Assembly: GCF_001447785.1 (NCBI RefSeq) | Contig: NW_015172125.1 | Span: 26,889 to 90,888 of the forward strand | Origin: Gekko japonicus | Lineage: Eukaryota | Direction of reading: 5' to 3' | Length of the DNA: 64,000 nt | In this document: one piece after another, positions 36,301 through 49,800 of the stretch | Layout of the letters: every line of letters begins with the position of its first letter | Numbering within the stretch: position 1 is the first letter of the stretch | The notes under the pieces: model-generated | What the model was told of the DNA's origin: nothing | The model's database searches: none | The model's input: the letters and a program-made list of their open reading frames with translations, nothing else | Program-made: the position numbers and the translations under genes

Positions 36301-37836
36301 CAGATACCCCCAGATCGATTCTCCATTATACCATATGGAGACTATTAAGGTCCCCATAGGGTATAATGGACTTGAAAAAAATTCAGGAATCCCAAATCTT
36401 TAAGAATCTAAAAACCATACTGGTATTGGGATTTGGAAATATCAGAAAATACCAATATTTTTTTTTGTATAGCCCTATCATGTAGGGTTGCATTAGCACC
36501 TAAAAACCAGCACTGTAAAACACACCACACACTGTGGAGATGTCACAGAACCCTGACAGTCCAGTAAGGATGGAAGAATAGCCGTAAAGTCTGCATTTCC
36601 CAAAATTCCTCCTTTACAGAGTAACCCTGAACACATCACTAAGTCCCATAGTAGTCAATGGGGGTTAATCCCAGAAAAAGGTATTTAGGATTGCACACTT
36701 TGTTCCCCAAGTTCTCTCATTGTTCTGAAGTCCTCTCCTTCAGCCCCCCTTCCTCAGAGAATGCCAAGACACCATTTACTTATCACCTCAGTTCACAGGA
36801 GCCAGGCCACCATATCTATCAGTCTGAAACTTCTACAGTAACTACATCCCCCACAGAAACAGAAAATGCAGCTGATGCCCCAGGTAAGCTAAGGTGTAAT
36901 GCCAGTTTAGTAGCTGTTGAGCCAAGAAGTTCCTGATTCGAAATTTACTGAGCAACCTTGGGCAAATCTCTATCACCATCAGCTCCTTGTTGCAATATGG
37001 GGGATACCATACTGGCCTCCCTTCCAAAGGCTGTTGTAATGGCTGCTGGAAAAGACCACTAAGGGCACAATCCACATAAAGTACTTTCGAGCCCGATGCA
37101 CTTCAATGGGGGAAATATATGATGTTCCAATTCTCAAACTGAAATAAGTGAAATTTAAAAACACTTCAGGTTGTGCCCTACGTATCATACTTATACAAAC
37201 AGAACACTATTGCGGACCAACCTTTTTTCAGGCACTTCTCCAAGGAGTCTGTCAGGGTGAGCCTACGTTCTAAGAGGAAGTCAAAGAGTGTCTTGGAAGA
37301 GAATGCGAGCCTCAGGCTCTCTAGAGCCACCTGCCGTGTCTTGGCACTGGAAGAGTGTTCAAGGAGAGAGGGAGTCAAAACTAGTGCCAGTCTGGGACCC
37401 TGCATAGATGTCCCCTCAAAACCCAAGATTTACAGCAAAGAAACACAACGCACTCCAAACAAATTATGCAAATTATTTAGGTCTGCACCTTCCTTGCAAA
37501 AATTTAGGATTTTACTGGGATTGTAGATAGAAGGGATTGAAAGAAAACTGTAGAACATGAGCAGCAAAGATTTACAGAAGCAAGTCAGAGTAGACATGAA
37601 GTAGGTCAAAGAGTTTTGCAGGCTCTGGAGCCTTTCCCATCAATGATTACAGGCCTTGTTCAACCTCCACCAAGCCGCTGTCAGCAAGCAGGGGCCCCAG
37701 AAGGGTCTTTTTTAAGAACTGCAAGCAAAATGCAAATCATATGACTGGTCCTAGATTCTAGCTCAGAAATGCTCCTCACATTATAAAACCAGCAGGTACA
37801 CCATATTATATGCTATTATGGACAACCAATGCACGT

Positions 37837-37873
<37 letters not shown>

Positions 37874-40800
37874 AAAATTCAACTTCTATATCCCGCCCTA
37901 CCAGTGGGCTCAGGGCAGCTTACAACATTGATAAGACAATAAATAACAATTTGACAATAAATAATAATTCGTAAAAGCCTCAACAATTCCATTAAAAACA
38001 TTTCTGATGGCAGCATAACAATTACAACTATTGTGCCTGCTGCAATAACGTCAGGGAGGGCACATTCTCTGAAGAGACCAAAGTCAGCCAACACTGATGC
38101 CAACTTGGTACAGGCAGTGCCCTAAGGTAGGTGAGGCGAACTGAGCAGATTGACAAGCTGAGCAGAGAAGGCCGGTGTCGCTTGGACATCCACCGCTTCA
38201 GCGAAAGAGTCTATATAGTGTGTGTGTGTGTGTTTGTGTGCTTGCCTGGAAGTCATGGTTGACTTCTGGTGATCCCTACCATGGGCTTGGACATTTTTCA
38301 GAGTGGTGACTTGATTAGTCTGCCCGTGTCCCACCTCTGGTATTCCTTGGAGGTCTCCCTTCCAAGTACTTGTCAGAGTCGGCCCTGCTTAGCTTCTGAG
38401 ATCTGAGGAGATTGGGCTTGTCAGGGCCAACCAATGCGTTGTTGTTGTTATTATTATTATTGTTGTTGTTGTTGTTATTGTTGTTGTTGTTGTTTTGATG
38501 TTAAACCACTCTCCCCCCAGAAAAACCAGGCTCAGGGCAGTATACAACAGGATAACAAATAAACACCATTAAGCAAATTAAAGCAGATTAAAACATGACA
38601 GTATCTTACAATGGCGTTAAAATTTTCCTGATGGAGCCACTGGCCTCACGGGGGAGCAGGGGGTGGGAGGGCCAGACAGATGGAGCCGTCGCTGTCCTCA
38701 GTCAAATGCCTGGCAGAGCATCTCTGCCTTGCAGGCCCTGTGGAATTATAACAGGTCCTGCAGGGCCCCGATGTTCTTCGGCACAGAATTCCACCAGGTT
38801 GGACACACACCCAAGGATCCAGGATCAACTTGCATTTCTCAGCAGCACAGACATATGATATATATGGGGTCAGAGACAATATGTAGCAAGTTCACACACT
38901 ACATGGTACACCACAAGCACTTGTCGAATATAAGCACACACCTGCTAATTTCATAATGTGTCTGATTTCTGAACTCACACCATGAAGCTACGTGGCTGAC
39001 TAAAGAACAAGAGGCCAATCTACAGGACTGAATGAACCCTTTTCACACCTGATCAGTATTCCTAAATCAAGCTTCCTCTTCCTGCTTGTTTTAAAGAGAC
39101 AGGCATAAAAGGGGTCTGAAGCTTTAGTACCTCCCCCCCCCCAACCAGTTCATTGGTTCATTGTGAATTATCAGGGTTGCATGGCCAGAAGGGCAGCCGT
39201 AATCCGCATTTTGTAGCGAGAGGCAGTGCCAAGCACTGCCGGCACTTCTGCCAAGTTATTTTCAATGCAGCTGCATCCAGCCTGCCTTGGTTAACAATTT
39301 GATGCTACTGGCATAGCTAGAAAACAATTGAAAGATGCTGAGGGGGGGAGACAGGAATATTGCAAGCGATGAGACTGCTCCCAGAACAGTTTCTACCAAC
39401 AATGTGTGGCACAGGCAAGAAAAAGGCACAGAATCCAGTAACTTCTTTGACTAGGTAAATATGCTCACAAGCAGACCAGGTCAAAGATTTCCGCTCTGCT
39501 CCTTTTGTCTCCAGCCTGCTATCCCGCAGCTCTGGAGCTCAGAATGGCTGAAACCAGTGCTGTCAGCTCGGGGAGCTCTAACATCAGAAAGCAGATGGAG
39601 CTGCTGCTACTTTCAAAAAAGGCACAAGCTCAGCAGGATCAGAGACTGAGGCTTGTGTTACCACAGCTCTGGGAGGTCAAACCCTGCTCAGGTTACCCAT
39701 TTGCTCAGCCCACGGGAGAGAGAATAATGGCCACCACTATAGGGTAGGAAGCTGGAGGCTCTTCTCAGCCAGTTGCAGCGGGCTCCAGAAGCATTCCTCA
39801 AGCTCATCTGATGACAGGGACAAGGGGCAAACACAAAGGCAGGCAAGATGTGCAGACCAAGCCACTGTTAACACTAACCATGGTTCGCCAGATGGTCACA
39901 AACCCAAGTTCAGACATCACACTAAACCACAGTTTAGTTTCCCGAACCACCTTTTGGCGTGTTTGAAGTTATCCTTGCTGTGGCAGATGCCTCTCACCTC
40001 TTGTCCATCACATTGTCGATGCACTCCTTCAGCTTATCTTCCATTTCCTCTTGCTGTGCTTGCTCATCAACTGCCTCACCACCTGGGGAAAGCAGCAAAA
40101 ATCATGGGCACCAAATCAGCCCAGCCAGACCCACCCTCTGCAGAGGCTGCCTCCTCCTGCAAGGAGCACAAGAGTGGCTCCGGACCTGAATGGCACTGGC
40201 AGGGCTGCACAGAGGCCTTTCTCCTCTGATTTCAAGCGGCTTGTTGCAGGGTGATCTTTGAGTTTTGCCTGATTCCTGGCAGCTGCCAGTTTAATGGAAT
40301 CCAACTAGATGGAATGACATAGTAATATGAAGTTTTGAACTGTTTATCATTTTCAGCTCTTAATAATTTGGTTCTAAGCCACTTCAGGGCTTAAAGGTAA
40401 AACAGCACACATGTTTCACTCAAAATGAATATTAATTAACAAAGAGCTCCGGAAATCTGAGTAGCTGCAGTCACACAGTGGAGTACAGCACCCAGAAAAC
40501 TATTTCAGTTCTTAGATATGCCATCACCACAAGTCTGCAGAAGTTTAAATGAAGTCTCCACAAGCTTAAATACATGGAACAGGTGTTAACTTTTAAGTAT
40601 TTAGGGCATGGAAGGCCCACCATGAATATGCTGCAAATATCAGAAGAAATCTGCTCGAAGTATTATTAAATTCAATTCTACAAAAGGGGGGGGTACTTTA
40701 TACCTGTGGCCCTTAAATTATATCTGTCCAAAATGGTACCACAACTCATGTATGGGACTATGTTGGGCCCACCTGCATCAAACTTTGCCACCTGAGAGAA

Positions 40801-43800
40801 AACTCAATCAAAATTTCTAAGAGCTTTATTCTGATTTCCTAGTAGTGCCTCTAATGCAAATCTATGCCTGGAAACTGGACTGATAAAATTAGAGGCTAGG
40901 GTAACCCTCATCCTTTATTGATACCTGGTTTAGGATAAGACACAGTTCTTCGGATATAACTTCACTAATTCTCAGGGATGGTTTCTGTTCAACTTGGCTT
41001 AAGGCAGTCCACCAGAAGTTACATCTGTGTGGTTTTTCTTTTGAGTCCCTTCAGATAATGGCCTTAGATCAGGCAAGGGCTGTAGTCACACAAAGGATAT
41101 TGGATATCAAAAGGCAGAGTGATATCACTAGGGTTTCGACCTTCTTGGCCCCTCAGAAAATGAGATATGTGGCTATTCCAGCAACTTTCTTATTACTTCT
41201 AGAAATTCCATCTTATTGTAGAGCTTTTTCTATGGCCAGATTCAATATTTTTCCATCTGTGGTAGTGGAAAGGTGCCAATGACAGAGCAAGTTTGCTCTT
41301 GTGGCACTGGTGAAGTGGAGATGATTGAGCATACTTTGCTACACTGCAGTTATTACCAAGAAATTCAAGCAACATTTATTCAACCCTTATTAGGGAGATT
41401 TCTCAGTTATCTGGACCCAGAGATAAATAAGACGTTCCTACCTGATTCTAACCCCCAGCTTACACTAAATTGTGCTAGATTTTTAGCTGCAGCTTATAGA
41501 ATTCATAAAGAACAAGAAAAGAAATAAAGCAGATGAAAGTAGAAGTGGATTAGATGAATTCTGTGTTTAAATACATGGCAGCTGTCCCGTTAACAGAGAA
41601 ACAAGCTAGGTGCCCAGAGAGAACTGATCAGGGGACAATCTGGAAATCCCAACACCTCCCCACATCACCCCACCCAAGACGCTCTAAACTCCCGGGGCCT
41701 TGAGCAGGATGGTGTTTCCCCCTTTCAACTGGCACTCATCTGCTGTCAACATTCTGTCTCTTCTGAAGGATATTTAGTTGTCATCAGGCCTCTCTCTTAT
41801 GGTTCATTTACAAAGATATAATTTTCCATATAGCTCCAGTTGGGTACAGATTCCTTCTGTTTGTAAATGGCCCAGTTTTGCAGCTTTTGTGATTCACACA
41901 GGGTGAGGCAATTTACTGATTACTGACAGTGATGAAAGTTGTCTACCCACTATTTCATACAGATTTGGAGCCTCCCTTCCCTTACAGGCCTACTCTCCTT
42001 CTGTAACTGCCAGATTTTCCTTTTCTATCCATCTATCTACTTATCTAACTATCTAGTTCAGTTAGAGGAACTTATTCAACAAGTGTAAGCTTTTTGATGA
42101 CAAACCACAAAAGGCCACATTTTTTGCTATAAACATCATCCACACTCACCTGTCACTTCCTCTGCTACACTAGCAGTCTCACTGGCACTGCTGTAGTGAC
42201 TCAGCACTTCACTAGCTGCCTCGTCATCACTGGCCTGGGAGTCCATCTTGGCACTGCTTCGGGTACCTGAAGGAGGAGATTAAAAGGTTAGCAGAAGAAT
42301 GGAAAAATTCATGTTTACAAAGGCAAGAAAAACTGCTGAATTCTGCACTTTTCTGTTCACTTTGCTTCATAATATGGCCCATCAAAAGTTCAGAGTCAAC
42401 TCACATAATTCCCCCCTCCCAGTTCTGCTGAGTGAATACAGATGGACTATTTACCAAGAGGTAACCGATTATAATTTACATGTAGCTACCTGACAAGCTA
42501 CTTAGTTGTATTAGTAAGTCAAATGCTGGCAATTTTATCACACCTCCATACCCGATCAGAAACCTGAATGACAATGTTCTCCTCGCCACATAGGAGGACA
42601 ATATTTGGAACCCATATAGGTAAAGGTAAAGGTTCCCTTGCTCGAAAGCCAGTCGAATCCGACTCTAGGGTTGCGGTGCTCATCTCCGTTTCAAAGCCAA
42701 AGAGCCAGCGCTGTCCGAAGACCTTTCCGTGGTCATGTGGCCGGCATGACTACACACCAAGGCGCACGGAACGCTGTTACCTTCCCACCGAAGTGGTACC
42801 TATTTATCTACTTGCAATTTATTGCTTTCGAACTGCTAGGTTGGCAGGAGCTGGAACTAGAGACGGGAGCTCACTCCGTCTTGCGGCACCCGGGTCTCGA
42901 ACTGCTGAACTACTGACCTTCCACAGCCTGCAGTTCAGCGTCTTAACCACTTGAGCCACCGCAGCTCCATATAGATAACCATATAGGAACCCATATAGAT
43001 AACCATTATACCATAGATCTGGACCAGGTGTATAGAAAAGCTCTTTCTTGCTACATGGCACCATAATACGGACAACTGAGCAACCCCAAGGTATGAGATC
43101 AGACTGGTCAACCAAGCAGTTACATGCACACTATACTAAACTAACATATCACTAGTGATCATCTGTACTGTCTGTGCATTCAATTCCCCTCTAAGCAAAG
43201 TCTAGATGTTTTCATGTTCTACCAGATCGAGGCCTTTACAGGAGGCCTCACTCCCATGGCATTCTCCACAGACCCACTGAACAGACACTACCTTCTTTAA
43301 GGTGGTATTGTAAAGTTGTGACACAATGCAAAGCATCGGAAAAACCAAGCAAGCTGAGGCAGTTCTGTGGAAGACAAGTACAACCAAATAACAAGGGAGA
43401 GTGACAAACAAGTTCTCTCTCACCTAAAGCACGAAGTTTGGTTAACCATTCTCTCTGCATCCCCGGAGATACTTGCTAGCAATGGACAGCAATTGGCCTC
43501 TAATATAGCAAATGCTAAGGTCTAGTACATAGCACAGCATGTATATGTCGCTAGTAGTACCTTTGGATAAAATTAGCACTGTCAGCTTGGGCACACCCCT
43601 TCCTCAAGACCTGGACCACGAGATAATCAACACCATATGGAATAAGTAAGGGAGGAGGGGCAAAGGGGAAAGCCCTTCTTTAATCATTTCTGACCTCAAG
43701 AGGCCAGGGGCTCACTTCACTGAGCACTAATAATAGACACTTTGTTCAATTTGCTGGAATGGCTGATTTTGTTCAGGGACAAATAAGCACAAGTGGTTGA

Positions 43801-46800
43801 ATTGTGTGGCACATGGTTGATAAAGATGGAAGACGAGTACCCTCCAAGGAAATGGGAAGGGGGATGTTCATTCAGAATTTTATTTTTTTTAAAAAGATAT
43901 AGCTTATTAGTTTCAGCTGTAACAAAGTTACAATGTGGTAACAACCTCCCAAACATAGTAAAACAATATATTGCCATAAACATACAAAAATAGTACACAA
44001 CCCACACAGAGTACACCTTCTTAAAAAGCATAATTGAACAGATGCACAGCAAACCAAACGGCATTCAAGCCCACAGGTGACAGCAAATTTTGACTTTTAG
44101 CTGGTACCAAGGCAAAGGTTGCAGCTCTCAGTGTAACCCTCATGATGCCACTTACAGGTTTAAAGAAAAAAAACCCAGACAATAATATTAGGAGGGACTT
44201 ATCCTGTACACCTGTCGTTACTGGACATGTGAAACAGTCACTGGAATACAGCTGGGCAGATGTCCAATGTGAGAAGACTAATCATTAAGCAAGTACTGTA
44301 ACAGTGGCAGCAGCCCTCCAACAGGGGTGGTCTTTCCACGGGAGAAAGACACTCCGAGAACCTCTGAACCTCCTAACAGCACCGCACCCCAATAGTCAGG
44401 TTTGGCATGAGAGGTGACTTGCTAAGGAGACTGGGAGACATTGTCTTGTCAAGAGGCAGAGGCTCATGCTTGCCACATTCCTCCAAATATCCCCCCCCCC
44501 ATCTCTCTACTCCTATGTAAAATATGGCTGGATAATCACTGCCTGCGGCCCTAAGGTTTCACAATTAAATGGCTAAGACGCTGACTATTGTCTGCCAGGA
44601 AGCAGACAGGACGAAGCATCTAGCCCATCTACTTCGCTATGAATGAATTATGTTGGTTAGCAACTTCCCGCCTCACACTATGGATCCAATGGTATTTTCC
44701 CCTTCATTCCTGTCAGAAATCTTCCAGTTCTTTGTCTTGCACCTGCATTTCCCCCTTCTTTATTCCAGGCTATCAAAGAACATTAACTTTCAGGTTCAAC
44801 TGAACAGTCATCATCTAGCCTCACTCTTACACCTATTAGGAAACATCGCACCTTTTGTGGTGTACTTGGGAAACTCCAAACACTTGTTTTGTCCAGAAAC
44901 ATGAATTCCATCACATCATGGTCACACTAGCTTATCTATGTCATCATACCCTCAGGATACATTTTGGGGTATAAATATACCCAGTCCACTACATGCCCAG
45001 TGTGATTTAAGCTTGGGTGCCCAGAGAAGCTCCCCCCCCCCCAATACATATCAGGTCTTTGTGTGTGGCACGCTGGTCATCATTATCACACACCTCCTTT
45101 CCCCAGAACCTCAGGCTTAGCCAGCTCTCCAAGATTAGTAATGTATCACCCCCAAAACCCCCATCCCATCCTGTTGTTTGCTACCTCCTTTTCTTTCCAA
45201 TTTCTGTTATTTTTTTACAATAAAATTATTCTCTCTTAGTATTGGGTCTGGTTCTTGGATCCAAAAAGGGTTTAAAGGGAAAGATCTCCGTAAAATATAG
45301 GTAACCAATCCTTGCTTAATACCCCACCTCTTGCTGCCACTGAGCTAAATTCCCCCAAGAAACTGAAGGCAGCAATTCAGCTTCTTAAATCTAAGGTGGT
45401 AGGGGTAACAGTACCATAACACTGAAGTAGTGTTAACTACCTGGAGAAGATGCCTTTGCAGTTTAGTACCCACAAGCTTTCACCACAACTTCTACTGATG
45501 GCATCAAAAGATGCCTTGAGGTCTATTAAGGAGACAAGCCAAGACAAGTACATCATAGTGGCCTAATCTAAAACCAGTCTGTCCCTTGGGAAAGATACTA
45601 TTAGCAACTGAGAGCTCATATAGGACAGTGGCTAGTTAGACTAGGACTGAGGAAACCCAGGTTTAAATCTTCACTTGGCTGTGAAGTTCACTGAACCAAT
45701 CACTCTTTTCCTCAGCCTAACCTACCTCAGATAACTGTTGGGAGGATCAACTGAAAGAGGAGATGACTATGTACACCATTCTGAACTCCATGGAATAAGG
45801 GTATGATACTAATACAACTGATAGACCCTGCTTTCAAGTAAATATTTGATGCAATTTAAGATGTGCAAAACCTTTATTAAAGTATCAGAAATGTTGCTCT
45901 CCATTAGAGAACCAGATATTTCTTTATATGTCATCATTAGAATCATGACAACCTTGGCCAACTAGGTTCATGTTATCTATCTTGTTTGTAAAATTCAGGC
46001 AGGACCACATGTGGTTCTGACAGCTGTACTTTTTAGCATACAGAATAAATATAAACTGTTGGTTTTTTTTTCCCTAAGATATTTAGCAGCTAAGACAGAA
46101 TACATATATTTAATGTGACTGGCAAACTGTATCAAAATGGAGAGACATTGCATTTCAGTGACAGACTTGTTTGACATTGCTAATTATGGCTTACTCTTAT
46201 CTCTAATCCAACAGAATTGGATTTATCATTTTCAGAGTTTTCCTGGGGTACAAAGATAGAGTCTTCCTCCTTTGCCTCCCAAATGAAGCTATTGCCCTGT
46301 CCCTTCTTCTTAGGTGTACTTTTTTTTTACTTTAAAAAAATTATTGAGTTTATTACAACATATATACAAAACAAGAACACAGCTGTATCATACAACCATG
46401 TGATAAGTAAGATATTGAATATATACATAGAATGTCATACAAAAAATACATCTCTAGTTGTTTGATTTAAATTCAGTGTTATGATCCACTTCTCCCTAGC
46501 TTATGAAAGTTTATGCCACAATAAATGTGTTAATCTTTAAGGTATCACAAAATTCCTTTTTGTTTTTGCTGACAGTTATTCCTCTGGAACAGAACTTCTG
46601 CAGTTTTCTCATAATCCAGTCACAGAATTCTTGACAAATTTCTCATAATATTTAGAATTCATGGAAAGAATATAGATTTTTCACTAACTAAAAATCCATA
46701 CTTGCACAATTACAAGGACCAGCACGATTTGGTCACATTCCACTTTCAGTTGCAGGCTAACAAGGTTAATCAGTCTCCCAGCTGCCACAGTATTTTAAAT

Positions 46801-49800
46801 GCAAGGAGGGCTATAACTGTGAAAGCAGGATTTTATCATTCAATCCAAGTTTTCCAAAGACAAAGGATTTCATGTCAAAAAGTTACTGCCAGAATTTTGG
46901 GACATCCAAGCCTAGTTTGAAATATTGGACATTCAAGGATGAATTTGTTCTTATGTAAAACTTTGACCGATGAAACAAATGAAATGATTTTTTGTTATTA
47001 TAATTCCTAACAAACAACCTCTGCCATATCCTAAGATCCTGCCTAGAACTAGGAAATAATTAAATTATCACTAAATAGCTGGATTTATCCATCAGGAACA
47101 GGAAGTTGAGGATTTTTTCTGGAAGCCTACCTTTATCAAACAAAGCCTGCTTCTGCCATAAAATGTCCACATATTCATACCTCCAACAGTATGAAACATG
47201 CTCCTCTATGGTCTGCATTGTGCTAATACATCCTATGATTTGAGCCCACAGGAATGTACTGAAACAAAGGTTCAATCTGACTAAGTCAACATACATTTTA
47301 AGCAGTATTTGTTAACTAGAGGACACTGTGGAATATCAAGTGGATCAAGTTGGATGAAATACCACACCCTCTGAGATCCCTTCTACCATTCCATGGAGAA
47401 ATCCTAGGAGATACAGTTCTATACTAATTATAGTGATGCAAGACTGTCTGTTGGCTGTTCAAACAGTGCTGATTTCAATTTCCCTCAGAGTAAAAGGCAG
47501 GTTCTTACATTTCCCCAGAAAGACCAAGAATGAACTGGGTTTAGCTCAGCTTCAACATTTTTCCAATGCCTGCTTTTCAAGGAGGGAAATAATACATATT
47601 CTAAGAGCCCTTCAAGTAACTATTTCTTGCTATGGCATCAATATTATTACCCAAAATCACAGATTGTGAAATTGCTGCTGTGGGACCACAGTGGCAGTTC
47701 AGGTAAGTGACAGTTTAGGATTTGTAAATACTCTAGTACTAGGATCCAAAGGAAAAGAATTTGTCTTAGAACACTGGGAATAAAATTTAAGTTTCTGTGA
47801 GTGTGATCCATAGATGACAGAGAATTATATTTAGAATTATCACCAGTAGAAAACCATCATGTTTGCAGAACAAATGAGTTAAATGGGGGGGGGGGAATAG
47901 GCAGGAGCAAACCACTTCACAGGATTACATTTTAGCCATTCTAAGGAACAGCTAATCCCCACCTCCCTTCTCCATGGATACTAACAGTTAATAGTTAGAA
48001 TTTGCTTTCTTATAAAATAGCAGTAGTAACACCTGTGGCCCTTTAGGCATGTCTTATCTCTGTGCAAGGTCAGCTTGATTCTGAGAAGTAAGAAGTTGGA
48101 TCCAGGTGGGAGATTTTTGTATTAACAGAAATGTTGAGCACAAATTAAAGGAACATTCTGATTGGTTGTAGTTGTGGGGTGATGGGTCTTTTAGCCCCTG
48201 TGACTTTGGGAAGTTGTTAGGCAATGTGTACCACTACCACCTTTTCACTGAGATCTTTGCCTGTTGGAAAGACAGAACAATGAATGTATGGAGATGGTAA
48301 TTAAGGTACTGTATTTTGTCTATGCCTAAAAGTTATGCATTACCTTACCAGTCTAAAGAAGAGATGTTTCAAGTATTGGTTAATCTATAGGAGCTTATTT
48401 AGTTTTTGTACAAGAGCCTGACAACTGTATCCTGACTGAATTTGGATTTTTTAAAAATTAGCTTTAATAAATATTAGTTATATTTTTTCCAGTTTGTGCT
48501 AGCTAGCGGCTCATTACCTGTGAGATGAACTGGCCTCAGAGAGGCATGTCTGCGTACATTTTAGGGAGCTCTCATGCCAGTGGTTCAGGATTGCGAGGTC
48601 TCCCTGTGGGGCTGGACTGTCCTGGCCCTGGGCCAGTGTGGGGCCAGTCCTTACAAACACAAAGTACAATGGTTAACTAGCCAGGCTGGAGAAAAGTAAT
48701 ATAACTAAATGGAAGACACAGTGAGTTTGGCCTCATCAGGTACAGCCAGCGCAGTGTCTATTGTGCTATGTGCTTCAGTCTAACAGCCAAAATATTCCGC
48801 TGTCTTGTATTAGTCTTGCCTAACAAATAGATCACTTATGATTTGCACTTCCAAACCAAACAGGATTACTCCCAGGGCTTGCTTGCCTCTAACCCTCCCC
48901 TTTCCTGCTCAGCTTATTTAGGAAGTGTCCCGCTGCGAAAGCCCCTCCTGCTCACATCTTCTCCCCACCTTAAGTCTTCCCCCACCCACAGCAATCAGAA
49001 GGGTTGCTTCTGGTTTCACCCTGTCTTCCTCCAAGCCTGGGAAAGTCACACACTTTGTTCTTTTTCTTCTTTGGCTCCTATATGAATAGCCTCCTTCATG
49101 ATTCCAGCCTGTGTTCAGTAATGTGATACTGGGGCCCAGCTCTGTTGTATAATCCATCAGCAAAACACATCTAAAAGTCCTGTACTAAATTGCTCAAGAT
49201 AAAAGGCCAAACGCTTATCTAAAATAAATAAAAATATGGAGCTCTAAGAGCAAGCTTCCAACAGGCAGCCACCATCTTCCCTGCCGTAGGAACTCCCCTG
49301 CTTTACCCCTCCCCCCTACTTTTTACATGGCTGCTTCCACATGCTTTCCCCCTGGATCTTTCCCTTGAGTTTTCCCATGGATTTGCTTGCTTGGGTCCCT
49401 ACAGGCCAGCACCCCTTTTACAGCACTAGTCCTCCTCATCTGTGTATGTTTGAAAACCATTAGCTACCCAGATTCTTGGGAACTACCTCAGATAGTTTTC
49501 CCTACCTAGAATCATACAAGAATAGGTAACACAATCCTCTGCTTTCCTTGCTTCCCCTACCCCCCCCCCCGGCATTACACAAGCATATCTACATATTTAG
49601 AATCTCCAGTAGGCATTTTGGTGTTAATGCATGCTCCATACTCTTCTGACTGCATACACATGTAGTGCTATTTCAATGAATAAAAATAACTCAGTTTCTT
49701 TCCATGTCTGCTTCAGTTTTGTTCCTTTCCTTTAAACATTCCTTAGACGTGTGTGGGTGTGTTATCGCCTTGGCCATGTGCTAGAGACACTAAATCTGCA

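Noticed and set aside
46620-47700. Possible ancient LINE RT fragment on the - strand
   Set aside because: Too decayed to support by eye.
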